Below are positions 30,569 to 42,075 of a stretch of DNA of 64,000 nt, piece after piece. Within the stretch, counting starts at the first letter, position 1. Each line of letters opens with the position of its first letter. The stretch covers positions 62,246 to 126,245 of the forward strand of contig CAVPKM010000009.1 in the NCBI GenBank assembly GCA_963705725.1, in the 5' to 3' direction. The translations under genes were made by a program, and so were the position numbers. This DNA comes from an uncultured Gammaproteobacteria bacterium (lineage in GTDB: Bacteria > Pseudomonadota > Gammaproteobacteria > UBA6002). The notes below the pieces were generated by a model. It was not told where the DNA came from, searched no databases, and saw only the letters and a list, made by a program, of their open reading frames with translations.

Positions 30569-32085
30569 GAGGCTATAAAATTTTTTGTGTAACTGGATTT
30601 AGTCAGTATAAACTAACTGAAACAAGGAGTACTGACTATGGCGACAAAACTCACTTCATTTGATCCGCAAATGATAGATAATTTGATTAAGGACTGCAAA
30701 ACCCAAGAAGATATGTTTGGCGAAGGAGGTCTTCTGAAAAACTTGACGAAGGCACTTTTGGAAAGGGCCATGCAAGGAGAGATGAGCAGCCACTTGGGCT
30801 ACGAGAAAAATGAGGCTAAAGGTAAGAATAGCGGCAATTCTCGAAATGGATATTCAGAAAAAACTTTAAAGGGCGAAAATGGCGAATTTACTATCCAGGT
30901 ACCCAGAGATCGAAATGCAGATTTTTCTCCCCAGATTGTTGCTAAGAACCAAACGCGTTTTGAAGGGTTTGATGACAAAATCATCAGCCTTTATGCGAGA
31001 GGGATGACGACACGTGATATACAGGGGCAATTGCAAGAGCTCTATGGGGTAGAAGTCTCTCCTACTTTCATTTCCAATGTGACCAACGAAGTCATTGAGG
31101 AAGTGAAAACTTGGCAGTGTCGTCCCTTGGATAAACTTTATCCCATTGTTTACTTTGATGCCTTAATGATCAAAGTTAAAGAAGATAAGCGAGTGATTAA
31201 CAAAGCCTTTTATCTTGCTTTGGGTGTAGATCTTGAAGGGCAAAAAGAATTACTGGGAATTTGGATTAGCCAAACGGAAAGTTCAAAATTTTGGCTCAAT
31301 GTGTTATCTGAATTGCAGCATCGTGGTGTGGGAGATATTTTGATTGCTTGCGTTGATGGCCTTACGGGCTTTCCTGATGCCATTTCAACGGTATTTCCCA
31401 AGACCCAGGTTCAACTTTGCATTGTTCATATGATTCGAAATTCACTACGCTATGTTCCTTGGAAAAGCCGTAAGCAAGTGGCGGCGGATTTAAAAACGAT
31501 TTATGGCGCAAAGACACTCGATGAAGCCGAATTATGTCTCGCTACTTTTTCCGAGAAGTGGGACGAGCATTACCCTTCTATCAGTAAAAGTTGGCTGACT
31601 CACTGGGAAAATGTCACGCCTTTTTTTGGCTACTCTTCTGAAATTCGTCGCGCGATTTATACTACGAATGCAGTTGAATCCGTGAATATGAGCCTTCGGA
31701 AGGTTATTAAAAGTAAGCGCGTTTTTCCTTCGGATGATGCGGCTTTGAAGCAGCTATATTTAGCGCTTAAAAATATTTCAAAAAAATGGACAATGCCAAT
31801 ACGAAATTGGGGTGATGCCATGAATCGTTTTATGATCCTGTTCGAAGACAGGCTAAAAGGAGCGATTTAGTTTAAGAACTGATTTAAAATTTTGTGCCTT
31901 CGATCGCCTGTGGATATATGCACAAACTGACTCGTTGCACTCGTCAGTATTGCGCACATACCCACAGGCACAATAATTTTATTTGTTTATTTAAAAAATT
32001 TTTGTTATTTTAATTTCGCTATCTGGAATTCGGTAGCAAAAAATCTGCTGACTCAACCTGCTTACACAAAATTATTTACGCTACC
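30569..32085 (+). mobile_element. IS256-family insertion sequence, 1517 bp, 8-bp TSD GCTTCGAA
   Basis: Imperfect TIRs gaggctataaaattttttgtgtaa / ggtagcgtaaataattttgtgtaa; gcttcgaa duplicated at 30561-30568 and 32086-32093. Confidence 0.95.
30638..31870 (+). CDS. IS256-family transposase
   Basis: NSRNGY, VPRDR, YFDA, CVDGLTG, QLCIVH and YTTNAVES motifs. Confidence 0.97.
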   Translation: MATKLTSFDPQMIDNLIKDCKTQEDMFGEGGLLKNLTKALLERAMQGEMSSHLGYEKNEAKGKNSGNSRNGYSEKTLKGENGEFTIQVPRDRNADFSPQIVAKNQTRFEGFDDKIISLYARGMTTRDIQGQLQELYGVEVSPTFISNVTNEVIEEVKTWQCRPLDKLYPIVYFDALMIKVKEDKRVINKAFYLALGVDLEGQKELLGIWISQTESSKFWLNVLSELQHRGVGDILIACVDGLTGFPDAISTVFPKTQVQLCIVHMIRNSLRYVPWKSRKQVAADLKTIYGAKTLDEAELCLATFSEKWDEHYPSISKSWLTHWENVTPFFGYSSEIRRAIYTTNAVESVNMSLRKVIKSKRVFPSDDAALKQLYLALKNISKKWTMPIRNWGDAMNRFMILFEDRLKGAI

Positions 32086-32664
32086 GCTTCGAATGCTCCG
32101 GCCGTTTCTAAGTAATTATCATCTTCTGCCGCCATCAAAAATTCATTCATCGCTTCTTCATATCTACCCTGTCTAAACAAAAAATTACCATAGTTCCTAT
32201 GCGCAGCACCATCTTTTGCATTTAACCTCAGTGCTTTTTTATAATTTATTTGCGCTTTTAAAAATTCACCGACTCTTTCATAGAAGTATCCTTTTACGTA
32301 CCAAACAGCTGGATTAATCGAATCAATTGTTTGCAATTCCAAAAGAATGCGTTTCGCTTCTTGAAAATCTCCCTCTTCTAAATAAGCCATCACCAATTTT
32401 ATATCTGCTTCCACTAATTTTGTTTTTTTACTAGCTATCATTATTGTCGAATCTGAAAAAGAATGACATCCAACCAGGAGTAAAATTAACATTCCCCTTA
32501 GAATATTTACTATCTGCATTATTCATCTCATTGTATATTTATTGACGCAGTGATCTGAAATTTTTACAAGCTTTTAAAATTAAACAAGACAGTAATTTAT
32601 AAGGTAAGGAAATAAATTAAAAATACCGTACAATTAAATTATATTTGATAAGCGTAATTAACTT

Positions 32665-32889
32665 ATGAAGATCAGTGTTGTGTGCATTTTATTTTTATTC
32701 ACGTTTTCAGCACGAAGTGAAATTTATGAAATTCGACGTAGCTATCGTAATCTTTATTCCGATCGGATCACCCAAGCAGATAGATATCATATTTTTCAGA
32801 ATTTTTTTCAAGTTAACTTAACAACAGATACAAGAAAAAATAAAAATTCAGCGGATCACCATCAATCTAATTCTGCAATCAAACATTGA
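32665..32889 (+). CDS. Small hypothetical protein with a signal-peptide-like N-terminus
   Basis: MKISVVCILFLFTFSARS; lies in intergenic space; no clear RBS. Confidence 0.25.
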   Translation: MKISVVCILFLFTFSARSEIYEIRRSYRNLYSDRITQADRYHIFQNFFQVNLTTDTRKNKNSADHHQSNSAIKH

Positions 32890-32943
32890 CAGCACCCTAT
32901 TCACATGTTAATTAAAATGGCTAGTCATCAATTAAGGTTTTGT

Positions 32944-33741
32944 ATGCAACCCATCATGAATATTGCAATTACTGCTGCACGCAATGCAAGTCGCATTATT
33001 GTTCGATCAATTGGACGAATTGAAACACAGCATATTTCAGAAAAAGAAAAAAATGATTATGTTACAGAAGTAGATAAGGCATCTGAAAAAGAAATTATCG
33101 CTACTATTAAGAAAAGCTATCCTGATCACCATATTATTGCCGAAGAAAGCGGCACGCTTGCGGGTAATGAAAATTTTACTTGGATTATTGATCCTCTAGA
33201 TGGCACCACTAACTATATTCATCAAATTCCTCATTATGCTATTTCTATTGCTTTTCAATATAAGGGCAAGCTTGAACACGGTGTCATTTTTGACCCTATT
33301 CGCAATGAGTTATTTATGGCCAGCCGAGGCGAAGGCGCACGCTTGAATGATCGTCGTCTACGTGTAAGCAACAATGACAACTTAGAACGTGCTTTTATTA
33401 GTACTGGCTTCCCTTTTAAAAATCCCAATCAATTCCCCATCTATCTCAAACTTTTTGAACAAATTCTTCCAAAGGTAGGCGGCATGCGAAGATCAGGATC
33501 TGCAGCACTTGACCTTGCCTATGTAGCGGCAGGCCGATTTGATGCTTTCTTCGAACTTAATTTAAAAAAATGGGACTTAGCCGCAGGTATATTAATGATT
33601 AAAGAAGCTGGTGGTTTAATGAGTGATCTACAAGGTGAAGAACATTATTTCAATAACGGCAATATCATTGCAGGCAATCCAAAAATGTTTAAATCTCTAT
33701 TGCAAATTATTCGTAGAGTGATGAATTCCGAATCTGAATAA
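32944..33741 (+). CDS. suhB: Inositol monophosphatase family / Nus factor SuhB
   Basis: WIIDPLDGTTN, GSAALDL and WDLAAG motifs; probable start at ATG 32944. Confidence 0.96.
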   Translation: MQPIMNIAITAARNASRIIVRSIGRIETQHISEKEKNDYVTEVDKASEKEIIATIKKSYPDHHIIAEESGTLAGNENFTWIIDPLDGTTNYIHQIPHYAISIAFQYKGKLEHGVIFDPIRNELFMASRGEGARLNDRRLRVSNNDNLERAFISTGFPFKNPNQFPIYLKLFEQILPKVGGMRRSGSAALDLAYVAAGRFDAFFELNLKKWDLAAGILMIKEAGGLMSDLQGEEHYFNNGNIIAGNPKMFKSLLQIIRRVMNSESE

Positions 33742-33742
33742 A

Positions 33743-34654
33743 TTATGGGTTTTCATCGATGGGTTTAGTTTGAGGCAGTAAATGCTTGCGATTCAAACCC
33801 ATTGCGACAGCTAAAGAACCTGCGACATAAATAGAAGAATAAGTACCAATAATAATGCCTATAATTAGCGCTAACGAAAATCCTGCTAGCATTTCACCGC
33901 CAAAAATAAATAATGCTGATACAACTAGTAGGGTCAAGCTTGATGTCATAATGGTACGAGATAGTGTTTGATTAATTGATAAATTCATCACTTCCATAGA
34001 GGAAGTTTTTCTATGCTTTCTAAAATTTTCTCGGACCCTATCATAAACTACAATAGTATCATTGAGTGAATAACCAATGATTGTCAGGACAGCAGCGAGT
34101 GAAATTAAATTAAATTCAATCCTGAAAAAAGAAAAAACACCCAATATCAAAATAGGATCATGAATTAACGCGACTGCAGCACTCACTGCAAATCGATATT
34201 CAAACCGCAAGGCAATATAAAGCATGGTACCAAGTAAAGAAACTAATATTGCCAAAATTCCATTGGTAATTAAGGTATTGCCAACCTGAGGACCAATGTA
34301 TTCAACTTGATGTAATTTTGCACCCGGCAAGATCTCCATGATTTTATTTTTCAGTTGTTCTTGACTAATATTACTCACGGCAAGGCGAATCAGAACGTCA
34401 TTGGCAGTACCATACGATTGCACCACTGCATCTTGAAAACCCCCACTTGCTAGTACTGTGCGAATTTCATTAAGATTAGCAGCGTGATCATAACTGATTT
34501 CCAGTTGCGTTCCGCCTGTGAAATCCAAACCGAGGTTTAAGCCATAAAGAGATAAAGAAAGAAGAGAAAGCAAGGTAACAAGGACAGAAAATACTGCCGC
34601 AAAGGTACGCTGCTTCATAAAATCAATTTTGGTATTCGTTTTAAAAAATTCCAT
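33743..34654 (-). CDS. secF: Protein translocase subunit SecF
   Basis: GLDFTGG and GYSLNDTIVVYDRVRE motifs. Confidence 0.97.
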   Translation of the reverse strand: MEFFKTNTKIDFMKQRTFAAVFSVLVTLLSLLSLSLYGLNLGLDFTGGTQLEISYDHAANLNEIRTVLASGGFQDAVVQSYGTANDVLIRLAVSNISQEQLKNKIMEILPGAKLHQVEYIGPQVGNTLITNGILAILVSLLGTMLYIALRFEYRFAVSAAVALIHDPILILGVFSFFRIEFNLISLAAVLTIIGYSLNDTIVVYDRVRENFRKHRKTSSMEVMNLSINQTLSRTIMTSSLTLLVVSALFIFGGEMLAGFSLALIIGIIIGTYSSIYVAGSLAVAMGLNRKHLLPQTKPIDENP

Positions 34655-34672
34655 GTCCGACCTTTGTTACTG

Positions 34673-36514
34673 TTAGATACCAATTGATAGATGTTTAACT
34701 TGTTTTCTTCTTAAATAGCACATATTAACTAAAAAACGCGTAAAGTAGATGGCTGTTACCATGGAAGTGGCAAGGCCAATCGTCAGAGTTACCGCAAAAC
34801 TTTTTACCGATCCACTACCTAGTGCAAATAAAACAACTGCAATAATTAGTGTCGTCACATTCGCATCAACAATGGTTGAAAAAGCTCGCTCATAGCCGGC
34901 TCGAATACTAGAAATCGGACTCATTCCGTTTCTCAGCTCTTCACGAATCCGTTCGTTAATCAATACATTTGCATCTACTGACATTCCTACTGTTAAAACA
35001 ATTCCCGCGATTCCAGGCAAGGTGAGTGTGCCGCCAAGTATTGAGAGGATAGCGATAATAAAAATAACATTGAGTAATAAGGCAAGATCCGCAAACAAAC
35101 CAAACAATTGGTAATAAAGCAACATAAAAATAAATACGAGTATGGAACCCACGACAAGTGACATTAATCCCTTTTGAATATTTTCTGCTCCTAAACTCGG
35201 ACCGACAATACGTTCTTGGACAATATCTACCGGTGCTGTCAGTGCACCTGACCTTAATAATAAAGCTAAATTTTCAGCATATTTTTCGTTGCTTAAGCCT
35301 GTAATTTGAAAATTATTTGGGAGGGCGCTATTGATTGTTGCAACGTTAATAATTTTTTCCACTTGATGCCTAACAGGGATCAGCTTTCCGTTGACCAATT
35401 TTTGAATGATTTTTGATTCTACATAAACGACTGCCAATGGCTTACCAATATTATCAGCGGTCACTCTATGAAAAAGACTTTCACCTCCGCCGCCTAATCG
35501 AACCTGTACATTAGGTCTTCCATCTTCGCCATAACCTGATGTCGCATAAGTGATAGAACTTCCCGATAGGATCACCTGATTTTTTAAAAATACGGTATGG
35601 CCTTCATAATTATAAGGCTTACTCAGTAAACTGCTTTCACTACCTGGGTTGGTATCAACCAATTGAAACTTTAAAGTTGCAGTTTTTCCAAGCAAATCTT
35701 TTGCGCGAGCCGTATCTTGAACACCAGGCAAGTCTACACTAACTTGATCGCGCCCTTGACGTTGCACCACGGCTTCGCTCACGCCTAGTTCGTTCACACG
35801 ATTATTAAGAATGGTCATGTTCTGTTCAACTGAATAATTGACTATCTTGTCTATCGCTTCTTCCGTCAATACAGCAGTAATAACATGACCGCCATCCGTT
35901 TGTTTCATGATTAAGAAATCAGAGAATTTTTTTGGTAAATCAGCATAAGCAGCATTGAGAGATTTTTCGTCTGGGAATTGGATAATAATGGTTTTTGGTA
36001 AATCAAGGTTAATACTCGTATAACGAATATGCGTTTCTCTTAAGTCATGAGTAAAATTATGCATTTCTCCTTCAAGTCTTGTTTTAACCACAGAATTTGT
36101 GTCAACTTGCAGCAAAAAATGCACGCCGCCGCGTAAATCCAAGCCTAATTTCATTGGATTTGCACCCAATACTTGTAAAAAGCGAGGAGTTTTTGGCGCA
36201 AGGTTAAGCGCTATCACTAATTGATTACTAAGTGTTGCCTTAAGCAAATCTCCTGCTTTTAATTGCGTATCGGTATTTTTAAATCGAATGAGTAGATTGT
36301 CATTTTCTTCTTGAACAGATAAATAAGATAAATTTGCCTTATTTAGGATCTGCTCAATATTTTGGGTTATCTCAAGCGGTAGGTGATTAGTATTAGGAGA
36401 AGAAATTTGAATGGCGGGATCTTCACCAAATAAGTTGGGCGCAGCATAAATTAATCCTAATATCATGATTAGCGTAAATGTAATATATTTCCAAATAGGA
36501 TAATTTGTTTGCAT
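34673..36514 (-). CDS. secD: Protein translocase subunit SecD
   Basis: LGLDLRGG, VGPSLG and DANVLINERIREE motifs. Confidence 0.97.
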   Translation of the reverse strand: MQTNYPIWKYITFTLIMILGLIYAAPNLFGEDPAIQISSPNTNHLPLEITQNIEQILNKANLSYLSVQEENDNLLIRFKNTDTQLKAGDLLKATLSNQLVIALNLAPKTPRFLQVLGANPMKLGLDLRGGVHFLLQVDTNSVVKTRLEGEMHNFTHDLRETHIRYTSINLDLPKTIIIQFPDEKSLNAAYADLPKKFSDFLIMKQTDGGHVITAVLTEEAIDKIVNYSVEQNMTILNNRVNELGVSEAVVQRQGRDQVSVDLPGVQDTARAKDLLGKTATLKFQLVDTNPGSESSLLSKPYNYEGHTVFLKNQVILSGSSITYATSGYGEDGRPNVQVRLGGGGESLFHRVTADNIGKPLAVVYVESKIIQKLVNGKLIPVRHQVEKIINVATINSALPNNFQITGLSNEKYAENLALLLRSGALTAPVDIVQERIVGPSLGAENIQKGLMSLVVGSILVFIFMLLYYQLFGLFADLALLLNVIFIIAILSILGGTLTLPGIAGIVLTVGMSVDANVLINERIREELRNGMSPISSIRAGYERAFSTIVDANVTTLIIAVVLFALGSGSVKSFAVTLTIGLATSMVTAIYFTRFLVNMCYLRRKQVKHLSIGI

Positions 36515-36531
36515 GCCTTGCCTACCTAGCC

Positions 36532-36882
36532 TTAGGTTATATTTTTCATGGTTCCCTTAGGTAACACAGTCGAAATTGCCGATTTTTGAACATTTATTTC
36601 TACATTTTCAGCAATTGCCATCGTAATAAAATCGTCATTCACTTTTGCAATTCGACCAATTACTCCTCCTGCTGTCACTACTTCATCACCCTTTGATAAC
36701 TCAGAAAGTAATTTGCGATGTGCCTTCATGCGCTTATTTTGCGGACGTATCATAAGAAAATAAGCCACTAAAAAGAAAATCGCGATCATCGGCAAAAAAG
36801 AAGTTAAGCCAGCTGGGGTACCCGCTGTGGTGGTGGCAGCTGATGCATCCGTGATTCCAAATATTGTAAGTAATGATACCAT
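36532..36882 (-). CDS. yajC: Preprotein translocase subunit YajC
   Basis: YFLMIRPQ and GDEVVTAGG motifs. Confidence 0.95.
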   Translation of the reverse strand: MVSLLTIFGITDASAATTTAGTPAGLTSFLPMIAIFFLVAYFLMIRPQNKRMKAHRKLLSELSKGDEVVTAGGVIGRIAKVNDDFITMAIAENVEINVQKSAISTVLPKGTMKNIT

Positions 36883-36888
36883 ATTAAT

Positions 36889-39022
<2,134 letters not shown>

Positions 39023-39061
39023 AATTGATTAAATAAAAAGCTTTGTTATACTTGACCGCTT

Positions 39062-39145
39062 GCCGAGGTGGTGAAATTGGTAGACGCGCCAGACTCAAAA
39101 TTTGGTGATGGTGACATCATGTGGGTTCGAGTCCCACCCTCGGCA
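39062..39145 (+). tRNA. tRNA-Leu(CAA)
   Basis: gccgagg acceptor stem, ccaga-ctCAAaa-tttgg anticodon arm, long variable arm, ggttcgagtcc T-arm; CCA not encoded. Confidence 0.95.
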
Positions 39146-39181
39146 CATTTGTTGAGCGTCTTTACATCGACTAAAATGATA

Positions 39182-39943
39182 TCAATCCTCTGCTACTGAA
39201 TGGCTAGATTTTAATGTTGCGCTTGGTCTAACCCAAGGCTTCACCGACAGTTTACACTCAAGCTTCTCAGCAACAATTCTTGCATCTTTTTTATTTCCAT
39301 ACTCACCATAAGTGAGCACGTACCAAGGCCTTCCTCGCAATTGATTTTCATAAAGCTTGGCCCTTCCTTCAAGATGGTTTTTATTGACAAATGTTTTAAT
39401 CGTATCTCGATTAAACGCACCCAATAATTGCAATGTGTAAATTCCGGGGTTTACTCCATTTTGATTTTTATCCGAAGTTAATGATTTTTTTTGACGAACC
39501 ACAACTAGATTTTCTTTTTCGCTTTGAATGGATTTTGCTTGTTTCATCAGCGCAGTCTGTTTTTTTAGTGTTTCCTCTTCAACCGGCGCATGGGCAATAG
39601 TTGAGACAACGTTATGGACATCCTGAGGAGAGGAGGCTTCTGATCGATTATTAATGAGTGCTAATGCTTTGACTGCTTGCACCTGCTTTTGCTTTGCTGC
39701 CTTCTCTATCCAGATTTTTGCTAATGCAGCATCTTTCGGCGCACCATTTTTACCATAAAAATAGAGATAACCAAGTGCATATTGTGCATCCGCATCGCCA
39801 CCACTTGCTGCCGATCTGATTTGGTCATACGTTAGCTCCTTACTGGTAGCTGAATTACCGTCACGTGTTTCACTGACAGCAAATGCATCAATACTTAAAA
39901 ATATACTGACGACCAGCAAAAGCAAGCAAAGCTTAAACCTCAT
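39182..39943 (-). CDS. Exported Sel1-repeat + SPOR-domain protein
   Basis: Signal peptide; GDADAQYALGYLYFYG Sel1 repeat; YTLQL..WYVLTYGEY..PWVR (DamX-type SPOR). Confidence 0.8.
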   Translation of the reverse strand: MRFKLCLLLLVVSIFLSIDAFAVSETRDGNSATSKELTYDQIRSAASGGDADAQYALGYLYFYGKNGAPKDAALAKIWIEKAAKQKQVQAVKALALINNRSEASSPQDVHNVVSTIAHAPVEEETLKKQTALMKQAKSIQSEKENLVVVRQKKSLTSDKNQNGVNPGIYTLQLLGAFNRDTIKTFVNKNHLEGRAKLYENQLRGRPWYVLTYGEYGNKKDARIVAEKLECKLSVKPWVRPSATLKSSHSVAED

Positions 39944-40118
39944 ACAAAACTCCTTAAGAGGATAGACTTGAACAGACAACGCATATATTTGGTTTTAACG
40001 CGCCAGTATAGTTACCAGAAATATTATTCTATTGATAAATAATTAGTATGCAAGCATCTATTTACCCAAGCTGCTTGACGAATGCGTCCCAAAGTTGCCG
40101 ATGAGACGCATTAAAGTG

Positions 40119-40277
40119 CTAAATATACTGCGAATAAGCAAGAATATTTTTTTTAGATTCTTTATACGAAAATGTTTTCTGTAAATCAAAAACGACATGT
40201 TGAATGACGCCAACAGCCCCAATTAACAAAAATCCAATAAGGACAAATGTAAATAAATTTGAAATAGAACGCTTCAT
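40119..40277 (-). CDS. Small 52-aa single-TM protein
   Basis: Strong aaggagg RBS before ATG 40277; hydrophobic stretch LFTFVLIGFLLIGAVGVI. Confidence 0.55.
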   Translation of the reverse strand: MKRSISNLFTFVLIGFLLIGAVGVIQHVVFDLQKTFSYKESKKNILAYSQYI

Positions 40278-40389
40278 GTTTGATCCTCCTTGATCAATAG
40301 TCACTTCTTGTACCACATGAATTGACAAGTGTCGCTTCTCTTCGGTCATGTATGATGTCTACGCCCCCTCAGAACCTCACACTTGCGCC

Positions 40390-40559
40390 TAATCGGGATG
40401 ATGCAATACTTTAAATAAAAAAATTTTAGGCAACAATGAATTAAAAATCCAATTCAGAACTAAAATATTCTTGAAAAAACAAAAAAATATTTAAATTTCA
40501 ATAAATTAGATTTTATTATTTATAAACGCCTGGATAAAAATCCTGCATCATCCCGCTTA
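40390..40559. mobile_element. Candidate MITE, 170 bp
   Basis: TIRs taatcgggatgatgca / tgcatcatcccgctta (15/16 match) around a very AT-rich non-coding core. Confidence 0.5.
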
Positions 40560-40593
40560 TTTCTAGCTATCTTCCTACAAACCAACCCTTTGT

Positions 40594-41964
40594 TCACCAT
40601 GCAAATTCATTGGCTAAGCGCAAAATATCATTAAAAGTTGCAAGCAACATGATTCCCAATAAAACAGCTATCCCTATTTGCATGCTAATTACTTCATATC
40701 TAACAGAAACGGGTTTTCGAATAACTAATTCAATTAAATAATTGAACAGATGACCTCCATCCAGGCCAGGAATAGGTAAAAGATTAATCGCGGCAAGCAT
40801 AATGCTAATTAAGGATAAAAAACCCAAAAATACAGTTAAGCCTTGCAAAAAGGCTATATTTGCATTCTCAAAGATTGCGATAGGCCCCCCTAAACTATTC
40901 GTTGAAACTTCACCCACAACTATTTTTTTTAAAATAATAAAATTAAACACAAACAAGCTTTTTGTTTCTTCAAAAGCCGCCATTAAGGCCTGGATAGGGG
41001 GATATTTTCGTTTCGAGAATAAGTTAGGCGGCAAGCTTGGGGCAGAAGGAGCCACGCCAATATACCCCATTGATTGACGAAAAAGTCCGATTTTTTTTCC
41101 TATGGTTAAGCGCGTGGTCAAAATTTGGTTATTTCTGTCATAGGTTAATCTAATCATTTTCCCAGGGTTTTTATGAATAAACTCAACAAAACGATACCAA
41201 TCCTTTACTGGGATGTCATCGATAGCAATAATTTTATCCCCTACTCTCAAACCTGAGTCAGCAGCAGGGCCTGGCATCAGTTTATTTATTACCGCTGGAA
41301 GGGGTGGAAGATAAGGTCGAATTCCCAGGCTTTCTAGCGGCAAGGGATTGAATTTATCAACCTCCCAATGCTTGAGGTTCAGTTGATATTGTTTTTCATT
41401 AGTTTTTGATTTATTTTGAGTGCTAATTAGCAAGGTATTTTTTTCGCCTAGATGTTCGATAACCAGCATTAATACTTTTTGCAAACTCGATGTGGGCTGA
41501 TTGTCGATGCTAACAATTTCGGTTCCCGCTTTTAAGCCGGCTTGTTTTGCAATGGAATGAGGAAGCACCTCTCCAATGAGGGGTTTTTGCACATCAATAC
41601 CAATGATAAACATTAGCCAGAATCCAAATAATGCAAATAGCAAATTGGTTACAGGGCCAGCTAATACCACCAATAAGCGCGACCCTAATGGCTGGCGATT
41701 AAAAGCGAGATGAAGTTCTTCATTGGTAACTTTCTGCTCTCTTTCATCAAGTAACTTAACATACCCGCCCAAGGGTATCCAGGCAATCCAGTATTCTGCT
41801 CCTTTGCGATCTTTCCAGCGCAGCAAGGGTTTTCCAAAACCAATCGAAAATCGAATTACCTTTATGCCTAACCACTTAGCCATAAAAAAATGTCCGGCCT
41901 CATGAATGGTAACCAGGACTAATATCGTGATGATGAAGGCAAGCAGCTGAATTAAAAAAGACAT
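40594..41964 (-). CDS. rseP: RIP metalloprotease RseP
   Basis: HEAGH motif, two PDZ domains, NLLPIPGLDGG. Confidence 0.96.
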   Translation of the reverse strand: MSFLIQLLAFIITILVLVTIHEAGHFFMAKWLGIKVIRFSIGFGKPLLRWKDRKGAEYWIAWIPLGGYVKLLDEREQKVTNEELHLAFNRQPLGSRLLVVLAGPVTNLLFALFGFWLMFIIGIDVQKPLIGEVLPHSIAKQAGLKAGTEIVSIDNQPTSSLQKVLMLVIEHLGEKNTLLISTQNKSKTNEKQYQLNLKHWEVDKFNPLPLESLGIRPYLPPLPAVINKLMPGPAADSGLRVGDKIIAIDDIPVKDWYRFVEFIHKNPGKMIRLTYDRNNQILTTRLTIGKKIGLFRQSMGYIGVAPSAPSLPPNLFSKRKYPPIQALMAAFEETKSLFVFNFIILKKIVVGEVSTNSLGGPIAIFENANIAFLQGLTVFLGFLSLISIMLAAINLLPIPGLDGGHLFNYLIELVIRKPVSVRYEVISMQIGIAVLLGIMLLATFNDILRLANEFAW

Positions 41965-42075
41965 AGTTTTTCCTTCACTTTAGCGGGAATGCATCAGGAA
42001 TTAAGAAAATCACTTTAGACTGATTTTAGAATATATTAGAATAAAATAATAATATTCCTCCTAAGAGAATTCCTA

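Larger units (their letters stand above)
30431..32519 (-). pseudogene. pilW: Type IV pilus biogenesis/stability TPR lipoprotein PilF/PilW, split by IS256
   Basis: Joining 32519..32086 to 30560..30431 gives a continuous 187-aa ORF: lipobox LLVGC, NYGNFL, AFEAAGRCALK...YLFKALEYDP. Confidence 0.85.
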
